DNA of 64,000 nt from Spirochaetia bacterium (lineage in GTDB: Bacteria; Spirochaetota; Spirochaetia; DSM-2461), in contig OY764216.1 of assembly GCA_963668315.1 (NCBI GenBank), positions 2,528,001-2,592,000 of the forward strand, written 5' to 3'. The notes beneath the pieces are model-generated. The model worked only from the letters and a program-made list of their open reading frames with translations, made no database searches and was not told the origin of the DNA. Shown here piece by piece: positions 49,837 through 58,632 of this stretch. The translations under genes were made by a program, and so were the position numbers. The first letter of the stretch is position 1, and every line of letters starts with the position of its first letter.

Positions 49837-51483
49837 ATGGAAGAAGCTCAGAAGTACAGGACCCAGTTTCTGGAAATTGCCGGGGAGATAGAGTTGAATC
49901 TTTCTCTCATACTGGAAGATTGGGATACCTTTTTGCAGAAAAAAGATGAGCTGGATGATCTCTACCGTATGATCCATTCCCTTAAATCGGGAGCCGCCTT
50001 TCTGGATATGGCCGACCTGGAACGGCGGGCCCATTTCGCCGAAGACGGGATCGAGGAGGTCCGGAAGGGGAAATCCGACGGCACTATGCTGAAAAGCTAC
50101 CTGGACGGAATCCTCGACAGTCTGGGAGCCGATCTGGCTGAACCTCCCGTGCCCGAAGTCTTTACGCCGAGGGAAAAGCTGATCATGGAAAAAGCCCGGT
50201 CACGGGGAGAGAATGTTTACCGCGTTGTCTGCCGGATTGATCCTTCGGAGCCCATGAAAAAAGCCCGTGCTTTTCTTATTCAGAATAATCTTGAACTCTC
50301 CTTCAACGTAATAAAGGCCGTCCCTTCGCTGAGCGGTGAGGATGATTTTTCCCGTTTTACCCTCTATCTTTCCACCGAAGAGAGAAAAGATGCCGTCCGC
50401 CGGGCCGTCGACGTGGACAGGATCAATGAGATTCGTATCGAATCCTATTCCGGTAATGACGAAGATCCCGGTGAGGGGGACATCCTTACCGTCCGCAATG
50501 AGGCGAGGCGCCACCCGGTAAGTGTGGAGATGGACCGTCTTGACGAGATCAGGTATTATCTTGAAGAGATCGGTCGGTCCGGCGGAAAGGACAGACAGCG
50601 GCTGATTGCCCTGGCCGGTGGGATCAACCGGGTTTTAAAATCCCTTATGTATGAACCTCTCAGAACGATCGGTGACGGAGCCGATCTCTACCTGAGAAAA
50701 CTGGCCGAACGGTACGGCAGGAAGGCGGATATGGTCGTTACCGGGGGGGATATGATGCTCTCCCTGGGATGGATTCAGCCTCTGACCGAAATTCTTCAGC
50801 AGCTGATCAGAAACAGTCTGACCCACGGCATCAGCGGTGAGGGGACGGTTCACCTATCCGGGATTGAAGACGGGGGAGAACGCATTATACGCTACTCCGA
50901 TAACGGACGCGGTCTGGACCTTGAGAAAGTACGCCGTGCCGGTGAGCCGGGCGAATCCGTTACCGATATTCTCTGCCGGCCCGGTTTTTCCACTTCCGAC
51001 CGTCCCGATACTCTTTCCGGCCGGGGGATCGGTTTGAATCTCGTCAGGCATAATACCGAGATGATCGGAGGCAAACTGACCGTTGAACACGACGGAGACG
51101 GGAAAAATCTGGCCTTCCTTATTCATCTGCCCCCTCCCGATGTTCTTCCCATTCTCCAGTTTCGGCTGGATGATCAGATCGCCACCCTTCCCCGCCATTT
51201 CATTGAGAAAGAGCTGGAACTGGACAAGAGGCAGTTAAAGCGGAACAGGAAAAACCGCTTTTTTTATCTTCACGAGGGAGTGCACATCCCCCTGTATGAA
51301 CTTAACCGTCCTGTGAGAGGACTCGAAGCGATGCGCAGGGCGAATTTTGTCATCATCGTTTCCTATCTCACCAAAAGTTACGCCCTGTTAGCCGATGAAC
51401 TGCTTCTGGAAAGCCGCGTGTCTCGACAAAACCTTGAGTCTATGTTATATATCGATCCTGCCCAACTGGAGGAAATTAATTGA
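49837..51483 (+). CDS. Divergent CheA-like kinase (Hpt, P2, HATPase, degenerate CheW domain)
   Basis: Hpt YRMIHSLKS (His47), P2-like MKKARAFLI, N-box QLIRNSLTHG, DNGRG, PGFST, SGRGIGL. Confidence 0.82.
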   Translation: MEEAQKYRTQFLEIAGEIELNLSLILEDWDTFLQKKDELDDLYRMIHSLKSGAAFLDMADLERRAHFAEDGIEEVRKGKSDGTMLKSYLDGILDSLGADLAEPPVPEVFTPREKLIMEKARSRGENVYRVVCRIDPSEPMKKARAFLIQNNLELSFNVIKAVPSLSGEDDFSRFTLYLSTEERKDAVRRAVDVDRINEIRIESYSGNDEDPGEGDILTVRNEARRHPVSVEMDRLDEIRYYLEEIGRSGGKDRQRLIALAGGINRVLKSLMYEPLRTIGDGADLYLRKLAERYGRKADMVVTGGDMMLSLGWIQPLTEILQQLIRNSLTHGISGEGTVHLSGIEDGGERIIRYSDNGRGLDLEKVRRAGEPGESVTDILCRPGFSTSDRPDTLSGRGIGLNLVRHNTEMIGGKLTVEHDGDGKNLAFLIHLPPPDVLPILQFRLDDQIATLPRHFIEKELELDKRQLKRNRKNRFFYLHEGVHIPLYELNRPVRGLEAMRRANFVIIVSYLTKSYALLADELLLESRVSRQNLESMLYIDPAQLEEIN

Positions 51484-52145
51484 AGAAAAACGTAAGTGCC
51501 GCCTTTTTTGATATCGATCATACTTTGACAAGGCACTCTACAGCCATCCGTTGCATCATGGCCAACCTGATTAAGTTTAATGTACCCATCCGATTCTGTC
51601 TTTCCATTGTGGGACCCTATTTCAAATATAAAAAGGGAACTATGAATTTACAAAACTGCGACAGTATGATGAAGGGAATGGACGGCATAGCAAAGAAAGA
51701 TCTGGATGCCATGGCTTCCCTGAGTTTTGAAAAATTCCATGAAAAAGATCTCTATGAAGAGATGATTGAGCTTATCGGCGAATATAAAAATGCCGGAATT
51801 CCCGTTATTCTCGCCACTTCCAGTCCCCGCTTCGTGGTGGAACCCTACTATCGTTATCTCGATGCGGATCATCTCATCTGTACGGAACTGGCCTTTGACG
51901 AGAAGGAAGTCACCAGCGGCAAATTCGACGGCAAGGTTGCCTTTGATTCGGGGAAAAAAGAGCTGGTGAAGGACTATATGGTCAAAATGGGGTATGAAGC
52001 GGCCGATTGCGCTTTCTATTCCGATTCCATTCATGATCTTCCCACATTGAAGATGGTGGGCTCCCCCGTGGCGGTCAATCCCGACCGGGAATTAAAGGCC
52101 CGTGCCGGGGAGTGGGGCTGGGACATACTGGAGTATAATAAATAA
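51480..52145 (+). CDS. HAD-superfamily subfamily IB hydrolase
   Basis: FFDIDHTL, ATSS, YSDSIHDLP.L..VG.PVAVNPD; TTG start overlapping the upstream stop. Confidence 0.9.
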   Translation: MKKNVSAAFFDIDHTLTRHSTAIRCIMANLIKFNVPIRFCLSIVGPYFKYKKGTMNLQNCDSMMKGMDGIAKKDLDAMASLSFEKFHEKDLYEEMIELIGEYKNAGIPVILATSSPRFVVEPYYRYLDADHLICTELAFDEKEVTSGKFDGKVAFDSGKKELVKDYMVKMGYEAADCAFYSDSIHDLPTLKMVGSPVAVNPDRELKARAGEWGWDILEYNK

Positions 52146-52154
52146 CTCCTTTCC

Positions 52155-53924
52155 CTAAGAATCCCCGTACTGGTCGTATATTTTTTTTATCTCTTTCAGA
52201 GATTCAAGAAAACATCTGTAAACCTTCGGGTCGAACTGTTCCAGCATGGATTTCTCTATGATATCCAGAGCCTGTTCTATGCTGAAAGCCTCCTTATAGG
52301 GTCTGTGGGACGTCAGGGCATCAAACACGTCCGCCATGGAAACTATCCGTCCCGCCAGTGGAATCTCTTCTCCCTTGAGGCCCCGGGGGTAACCGGTGCC
52401 GTCATATTTTTCATGATGGCCGCTGATGATCTCGACGGCCGTGTTAAGGGCGGGAATGGAGAAAGAGCGGGACATACGCCGGTTTATCTCTTCAATCACT
52501 TTTTCACCGATGGTAACATGGCCCTTCATCACGTCCATCTCCTCCCGGGTCAGGGAGCCTTCCTTGAGGAGTATGTTATCCGGTATTCCCACCTTGCCTA
52601 TATCATGCAGGGGAGAGTACCAGAAAATTTCCCGGATGAATTTCGGGGTCTGTCTTTCATAGAGTTCGCTGTATTTCTTGGCAATGATATAGGAATAACG
52701 GGACATCCGGCTGATATGCTGGGCTGTCTCATTATCCTTTCTATTCATCAGCGTCACGAATGACTGGGACGTATCGGCAATAACGTTCTGAAGAATGTAT
52801 TCGATATAAAGTTTCTGTTTGAGCAGATCTATGATCCTCTTGGCGTAGGTGGCCTGTTCTTCATTATAGGCAGTCAACTCGCGGCTGGAGAAAAATACGA
52901 AACCGATGCATCTGCTCTGAAAAAACATGGGAATGGTTATGCTGGAGCGCAGCCCTTCGCGCAGAACAAGTTCTGTGGAGATGCTTTCTTTCCTGCTGCG
53001 GTAATACTCGGGAAGATCGTTGATGATGCGGAAACTCTGAGAGGCGGCCACAGCTCCCAGGGATGTCTTATCAAGGGAGAGGGTAAACCCCTGTTCCAGA
53101 TGGACGTTGTTGTACGCCGAATAAAAAGTTTCCGCGATGACATTTCTGTCTTCATTCAGGAATGCCAGAGCAACCCTGTCGCAGGGCATTCGTACGGAAA
53201 CAAGGGAGTAGACATACTCTATGATGTCGTCCAGACTTCCGAATACCGACAAATCACGAATCCGTTTATTGAATTCGATGCTCCGGTTAATTTCAAGAAT
53301 GTAGTTGAAGAAGTGCTGCGACTCCTTTATCGGCGAGCGGTAGTCCATCTCCGGGCTCTGATTGCGGAGAATATGATCTATGTCTACCAGCCCCATCCTT
53401 ATGTCATCCATGAAGCGGAGATTATTCCTCCGCCACCGTATATGTTCCCACATGTTGAAAATGGAAAACAGGGCAGAGAGAATGAGTTCTGCCCATATTA
53501 TCTGAAAGGTCTTCGTCCTGAAACTGATCATATTCTTTCGTAAAGTGATGACAAAGAGAGCCACCTCGTCGTAATAGGCTTGCAGTTCCTCTCTGTTTTC
53601 ATATAAGGGCATAGGAAACTCCTTATCCTTTATAAGAAAGTAGTACAGGTGATGAACATCCTTCGTAATATCATCTATGGTCTTCAGCACTTCCGTTCCC
53701 GGGTTATGTTTGAGATCTTCGTTGATCTGCGCATTCAGGAGAACGATGAGGTGATTTACCTTATAGGTGACACTCCGACTCTGGTCCTCCATTCTGTTAT
53801 AGAAATAGCTGGAAAAATATATGAGAATGACAGCTATCAGAATGACAATGAAATTCAGAAAAGAGAAGAGAAAAAGACGTTTAGTACCTTTTTTTATACT
53901 GATATTTTGAGTTTTGAAATTCAT
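52155..53924 (-). CDS. Membrane-bound GAF + HD-GYP cyclic-dinucleotide phosphodiesterase
   Basis: Two TM, GAF (RSSITIPM..IGFV), DNETAQH, LHDIGK, HHEKYDGTGYP, ADVFDALT.RPYK. Confidence 0.92.
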   Translation of the reverse strand: MNFKTQNISIKKGTKRLFLFSFLNFIVILIAVILIYFSSYFYNRMEDQSRSVTYKVNHLIVLLNAQINEDLKHNPGTEVLKTIDDITKDVHHLYYFLIKDKEFPMPLYENREELQAYYDEVALFVITLRKNMISFRTKTFQIIWAELILSALFSIFNMWEHIRWRRNNLRFMDDIRMGLVDIDHILRNQSPEMDYRSPIKESQHFFNYILEINRSIEFNKRIRDLSVFGSLDDIIEYVYSLVSVRMPCDRVALAFLNEDRNVIAETFYSAYNNVHLEQGFTLSLDKTSLGAVAASQSFRIINDLPEYYRSRKESISTELVLREGLRSSITIPMFFQSRCIGFVFFSSRELTAYNEEQATYAKRIIDLLKQKLYIEYILQNVIADTSQSFVTLMNRKDNETAQHISRMSRYSYIIAKKYSELYERQTPKFIREIFWYSPLHDIGKVGIPDNILLKEGSLTREEMDVMKGHVTIGEKVIEEINRRMSRSFSIPALNTAVEIISGHHEKYDGTGYPRGLKGEEIPLAGRIVSMADVFDALTSHRPYKEAFSIEQALDIIEKSMLEQFDPKVYRCFLESLKEIKKIYDQYGDS

Positions 53925-53958
53925 TTATAAACCACTTTCTATAGGGGAAGTGTTACTT

Positions 53959-54972
53959 TTAAACCTGTCTTTTCAGATAGCTGGAAAAGGCTTCCACCTT
54001 TGTTTCTACCAGACCTCTGGCTTCTGCAGAGGATATGAACAGCTTGAACTTGGCAAAACCCAGATCCCGGGTATTCACTTTTTTCTCTTTCAGCCTGGAG
54101 GAGAGAACGGAATAGCGGTGGAAATCGGGAGCTCCTCCGTTATCAAGCTCGGTGAGCGTTTCAATGAGTATGCGGAAAGCTCCCTGGAGAGATCCCTTAT
54201 CCCTGTTTTTCTCATAACCCGTACCGGGAAGGATTTCCGTTCCCTTTTCATACTCATGCATGGTCACGTAACCCGCTTTGACCGCGGCGGCGATAAAGTT
54301 GCTCCACTGGCGGAATCCGAGCTTTTTCTCGTCAAATCCCCGGTTGAGGATCTTCATCTGTACTTTGACGGTTCCCATGTTACAGGTCTTCTGCTCCCGG
54401 TGAAGCTGGGCGGCCGATTCGGCGAGCCTTTCATACCAGTACTCTCTGTTGTTGTTGATGCGGGTGTCGCTGGCGTTATTCTGTTCGTCCTCGGAGGAAT
54501 CGTCATCATCGTCGTCCGGTCTCAGTTCCCGGTAATCCTTGAAACTGTCGGCCTGTTCGAGAAGATCCTTGGCGGCGGTCTTGAAATCGCAGACAATATG
54601 GATCTCCTTACCCGATTTCCTGAGAGACCGGAGGAGGGGACGGAAATCGCTGTCTCCGGTTATCAGAATGAAAGTGTCTATATGCTGATAAAACCGCAGA
54701 AGATCGAAGGCGTCCGATACAAGCTGCATATCGGAACCGTTTTTATTGCTTCTTACCTTTTTATAGGGTACGTGAAGCATAAAAAAGTTATAAGTAGCCA
54801 GAATGGGACCGAGGGAACGGAATCCGGGCTTGCTCCAGTCGGCGTAGGCGTAAGAGGTGACGACTCTGCCCAGTGATTCGGCATAATCCATAAGGGACTG
54901 AACAAAGAGATTATCAGTGCTGCCCGGTGTAACGTTTTCTATATCCCATAAAATTGCAATATTCTTATCCAT
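53959..54972 (-). CDS. NYN-domain (PIN-like) ribonuclease with two C-terminal OST-HTH/LOTUS-like domains
   Basis: WDIENV, KNGSDMQL..D, TGDSDF; FDEKKLGFRQWSNFI and NTRDLGFAKFKLFI repeats. Confidence 0.88.
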   Translation of the reverse strand: MDKNIAILWDIENVTPGSTDNLFVQSLMDYAESLGRVVTSYAYADWSKPGFRSLGPILATYNFFMLHVPYKKVRSNKNGSDMQLVSDAFDLLRFYQHIDTFILITGDSDFRPLLRSLRKSGKEIHIVCDFKTAAKDLLEQADSFKDYRELRPDDDDDDSSEDEQNNASDTRINNNREYWYERLAESAAQLHREQKTCNMGTVKVQMKILNRGFDEKKLGFRQWSNFIAAAVKAGYVTMHEYEKGTEILPGTGYEKNRDKGSLQGAFRILIETLTELDNGGAPDFHRYSVLSSRLKEKKVNTRDLGFAKFKLFISSAEARGLVETKVEAFSSYLKRQV

Positions 54973-54978
54973 AAAAAT

Positions 54979-55050
54979 ACTATAGTCTTTTAAGTGACAA
55001 CAATCAACTATTTACCTGTGCTTGTCAAAGAAAGAGGGGGCGTATATAGT
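54979..55050. promoter_or_regulatory. Back-to-back divergent sigma70 promoters, both apparently leaderless
   Basis: Minus: TTGATT (55007-02)-N17-TATAGT (54984-79), 6 nt from ATG 54972. Plus: TTGTCA (55022-27)-N17-TATAGT (55045-50), 6 nt from ATG 55057. Confidence 0.7.
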
Positions 55051-55056
55051 GGTTTC

Positions 55057-55998
55057 ATGTCCCGATTTTTTACCCGGCCTTTTTACAGAACCATCATCGC
55101 TCTTCTCTGCTGTGCGCTCTGGGGCAGCGCCTTTCCCGCCCTGAAGATAGGCTACGGGGAGTTCCAGCTGGCCCCCGATGACAGGGGAGGGCTTATCCTG
55201 ATGGCGGGCTGCCGCTTTCTGACGGCCTCTCTGCTGCTTCTTGCCTTCGGAAGGGTCATGGCTTTCGGAAGAAAAAGGGAAGAACGGACCCCACTGGGGC
55301 CCTCTCTCTGGGGCGCCCTGTTCCTCATTGGTCTCACCCAGACAACCTTCCAGTATTTCTTCTTCTATTCCGGTGTGGCGATCACTCCCGGAACGGTCGC
55401 TTCGGTGGTCAACTCCTCCCGCGTCTTCTTTATACTGATTCTGGCGCACCTGTTTTTTCATGACGACCGCATCAACCTCAGAAAGGCCCTGGGGGTCATC
55501 CTGGGCATGGGGGGAATATTCATGGCCAACAGGGGAGCAGGGGGCAGCGGTTTTCTGACGACAGGAGTTCTTTTCATACTGGCCGCCGCCCTGTCCGGAT
55601 CGGCCGGAGGGATAATGGTGAAAAAAGTTTCCGGCCGGGTCTCTCCCTATTTCCTTACGGGAATTCAGCTTCTTTTCGGTTCCCTCCTTCTACTGCTTCT
55701 GACCCTGGCCGTTCCCCCCGATGCTCCCTTCGTGCTAACGGTCAAAGGGGTGGTTATCTTCTTCTACACGGCTTTTCTCTCGGCCGTGGCCTTTGTCCTC
55801 TGGAGTTATCTGCTTAAATACAACCGGGCCGGTGAGATCGGGGTCTACCTTTTTGCCATACCCCTTTTCGGAACGGTTTTCTCCGTCATCTTTCTTTCCG
55901 AACCCTTTACGGCCGACCTGGTTTTCTCCCTTCTTCTGGTAAGTGCGGGAATCATACTGGTAAATCTAAATTCTTCCCGCAGAAAGCCGAAAATATAA
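55057..55998 (+). CDS. DMT/EamA-family transporter
   Basis: About 10 TM, LWGSAFPALKIG, QYFFFYSG, IPLFG; start placed at ATG 55057. Confidence 0.92.
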   Translation: MSRFFTRPFYRTIIALLCCALWGSAFPALKIGYGEFQLAPDDRGGLILMAGCRFLTASLLLLAFGRVMAFGRKREERTPLGPSLWGALFLIGLTQTTFQYFFFYSGVAITPGTVASVVNSSRVFFILILAHLFFHDDRINLRKALGVILGMGGIFMANRGAGGSGFLTTGVLFILAAALSGSAGGIMVKKVSGRVSPYFLTGIQLLFGSLLLLLLTLAVPPDAPFVLTVKGVVIFFYTAFLSAVAFVLWSYLLKYNRAGEIGVYLFAIPLFGTVFSVIFLSEPFTADLVFSLLLVSAGIILVNLNSSRRKPKI

Positions 55999-56036
55999 CC
56001 ATAGGGGGGGCGATTCCCCGCCTGCGGGAGATATTA

Positions 56037-57653
56037 ATGGGCTTAGAAAAACTGGAATCGATCAAAGGAAAATCCCTGGCCGTTGCCTCGGGAAAGGGCG
56101 GTGTCGGAAAAACCATGACCAGCACCAACCTGGCGATCTATCTGGCGCAGAAAGGGCACCGGGTAGGATTGATCGATGCCGATCCCCTGTCGGACATTAC
56201 CACTCTGCTGGACGTACAGGAAAAGGAGAGCCGCCTCCCCCCCCTTGACAGGCTGGCTACACTCGATGACGGCGTCATCAGTATTATCCACAATCTCGAC
56301 CTGATCTTTCCCCAGTCCAAGAAGGGGCCGGAGGATGTCTCCCTCCTGCTGGGGAAGCTCTATGATGATTTTGCCGAAGAAGTGGATAAGCGTTACGATT
56401 TCCTCCTCTTCGACATGCCTGCCGGGGTTCATGACAGGGACAGCATGGAATACCTGGACAGGATGAATCAGATCCTCATTGTCACCAATCCGGAGCCCAC
56501 CGCCCATGTCTCCGCCGGAGGCTATATGAAAAAGGCCCGGGACAGCAAGAACCGCCGGGAATTTCTCATCTGGCACAATAAATACACAGAAGCGGCGGAC
56601 ACGGGCTTCAATCCCACCGATGTGGTGGGGAACTACAATAGAAACGTTCCCGAAGAGGACAGGCTGGAGCAGATAAGGACAATAGATGTGGCGCGCATAC
56701 TTCCCGATCCCACTCTGGACCTTCTGCGGAGCGATCCCTCCATCCGCCTGAATATCCTCAGAAATATCATCGATAATCTCCAGGTCATGCTGGAACTGAG
56801 TCTGCCCATCCCCCCGGCGAAAAGTGTCGTCGGAGCCAAGGGGTACCGGGTCATACGCTACTATATCAAAAAGCATCCCCAGATCAAGGAGCCCGGCTCC
56901 TATGTGGACGATCTGGAATCCTATCTGTTCTCCCTCATGGGAAAAGCGGCGGGGGGAAATTTCTTCCAGAAAGAGCAGAGGGAGGAGGTTCTCGCCTATA
57001 TCGGAAGAATCCAGGAAACTCCCCTCCGCAGGGAGATGGTCAGCGCCTACCGGATGATCATGGCCAGGCTTGCAGAGCTGGAAAACGCGGAACGGCTGTT
57101 TTCCTCCGGAGCCGAGAACAGTCTGGGCGATGCTTTCCATTATGTGGACAGAATTCTTGTCCAGTTCCTCTCGGCCTGCGCCCGGGATATCGACAGAATG
57201 CCCCTTCTGAAGAACATGGCGGCCATGCTTCTTTTTAATTTCACCCTTCTGAAGCTCTTCCAGTCCGAGACGGTCCATAAGCTTGTCATGGATTTTATCC
57301 CCATGCGTTCCGACGGTCGGGGCCAGCAGGTCAGGGACCGGCACCGTCAGATCATTAATCTGGTTCGGAACGATTCGGTTTACAAGAGAAAGTATCTCGA
57401 ACTGGTTAAAATGCTGAGACCCGTCATGGAGAGGCAGCTGGCCCAGATAGTCACGGCTTTCGGCTTAAAATCCCTGCTCTTTATGGAGAGTCACGGGAAG
57501 GTGAACCGTTCGGCCTATATCAAGCTGTTCAGCAATTTTCTCCATGAGACCATATACAGCGGGCTGGGCGTCACCGTGGGATTCAAATACCGTCCGGTTT
57601 CCGTTTCTTTCAGAAAGGGCGCCGATTTCATAATACACCACATGAACCGTTAA
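56037..57653 (+). CDS. MinD/FlhG/ParA-family P-loop ATPase with large helical insertion
   Basis: Deviant Walker A SGKGGVGKT, IDADP, DMPAG, VTNPEPTA; 538 aa. Confidence 0.85.
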   Translation: MGLEKLESIKGKSLAVASGKGGVGKTMTSTNLAIYLAQKGHRVGLIDADPLSDITTLLDVQEKESRLPPLDRLATLDDGVISIIHNLDLIFPQSKKGPEDVSLLLGKLYDDFAEEVDKRYDFLLFDMPAGVHDRDSMEYLDRMNQILIVTNPEPTAHVSAGGYMKKARDSKNRREFLIWHNKYTEAADTGFNPTDVVGNYNRNVPEEDRLEQIRTIDVARILPDPTLDLLRSDPSIRLNILRNIIDNLQVMLELSLPIPPAKSVVGAKGYRVIRYYIKKHPQIKEPGSYVDDLESYLFSLMGKAAGGNFFQKEQREEVLAYIGRIQETPLRREMVSAYRMIMARLAELENAERLFSSGAENSLGDAFHYVDRILVQFLSACARDIDRMPLLKNMAAMLLFNFTLLKLFQSETVHKLVMDFIPMRSDGRGQQVRDRHRQIINLVRNDSVYKRKYLELVKMLRPVMERQLAQIVTAFGLKSLLFMESHGKVNRSAYIKLFSNFLHETIYSGLGVTVGFKYRPVSVSFRKGADFIIHHMNR

Positions 57654-57665
57654 GGAGGCCTGAAA

Positions 57666-57989
57666 ATGGCAGTAGGAACAAAAAAACGTTACTCCCTCCA
57701 GGGAGCCCTTACCAATTCCACCTGGATTGAGAGCAATATGGCCGTGGGGGAGATTTTCGACCATCTGACCCAGTTCTATTCCCTGGTTTACGAGGGAATG
57801 TCGCCCGTATCCCCGGAGTTCACCGATTTCGGCTTTGATCATATAGAGCTGATCATCTCAGAGGAGTACAAGAGGCAGCTGAGCGACGCCATGGTAGAGA
57901 CAAAGCGTCTGGTGGATAATTACATGTTAAAAGCCGGCTTCCCCTGTGTTATGGAGTTTTTCGGAGGTACCTCGCCTCAATCTGCCTGA
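57666..57989 (+). CDS. Small hypothetical protein co-transcribed with the ATPase
   Basis: RBS AAGGAGG overlapping the upstream stop, 12-nt gap; 107 aa; 3' end overlaps trmH by 41 nt. Confidence 0.7.
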   Translation: MAVGTKKRYSLQGALTNSTWIESNMAVGEIFDHLTQFYSLVYEGMSPVSPEFTDFGFDHIELIISEEYKRQLSDAMVETKRLVDNYMLKAGFPCVMEFFGGTSPQSA

Positions 57990-58632
57990 CGTTTTTTATG
58001 GATTTGCGGAGCCAGGAGAGATAGAGGTCTCTCTTCTCCTCATCTCCCAGGCGCCAGTCCGTTTCCAGTTTCTCCAGCTTGTTCCGCAGGGTATACAGAA
58101 TAATGGCGCACGATGCGGAGATATTGAAGCTTTCCACAAAACCCACCATGGGAATCTTGAGAAACTCATCGGCCTCTTCTTTGACCAGATCGCTGATTCC
58201 GTGCATTTCCGTGCCGAATACAATGGCCGCCTTTCCCCGGGAAAGATCCGTCTCATCCAGTTCATACCCTCCCGGATGGGGGGAGGTGGCGATAATGCGG
58301 TATCCCCGTTCCTTAAGGGAGCGAAGGGCCGCCACCGTGTTGTTCTCTTCTTTGTTATAGCGGTTGATCGTCAGCCACTGGGCCGTTCCCAGGTCTACGT
58401 CGGCATTGGTTTTCCAGTTGTTGCTGTTCTCGATAATATGGACATCCTGTATCCCCAGGGCGTCGCAGTGGCGCAGAACGGCGCTGGCGTTCATGGGCTG
58501 GAATATATTTTCCATTACCACCGTAAGCTGACGGGTCCGGTTGTCCAGCACCCGGGCCATTTTGTCTCTTCTGTTCTCTGTTACGAAGCCTTCCAGATAG
58601 GCTATGATCTCTTCCCTTTCATCTCTTTCCAT
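57949..58632 (-). CDS. trmH: TrmH/SpoU family RNA 2'-O-methyltransferase
   Basis: ENI.QPMNASAVLRHCDA, VFGTEMHG, IPMVGFVESFNIS. Confidence 0.88.
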   Translation of the reverse strand: MERDEREEIIAYLEGFVTENRRDKMARVLDNRTRQLTVVMENIFQPMNASAVLRHCDALGIQDVHIIENSNNWKTNADVDLGTAQWLTINRYNKEENNTVAALRSLKERGYRIIATSPHPGGYELDETDLSRGKAAIVFGTEMHGISDLVKEEADEFLKIPMVGFVESFNISASCAIILYTLRNKLEKLETDWRLGDEEKRDLYLSWLRKSIKNVRQIEARYLRKTP

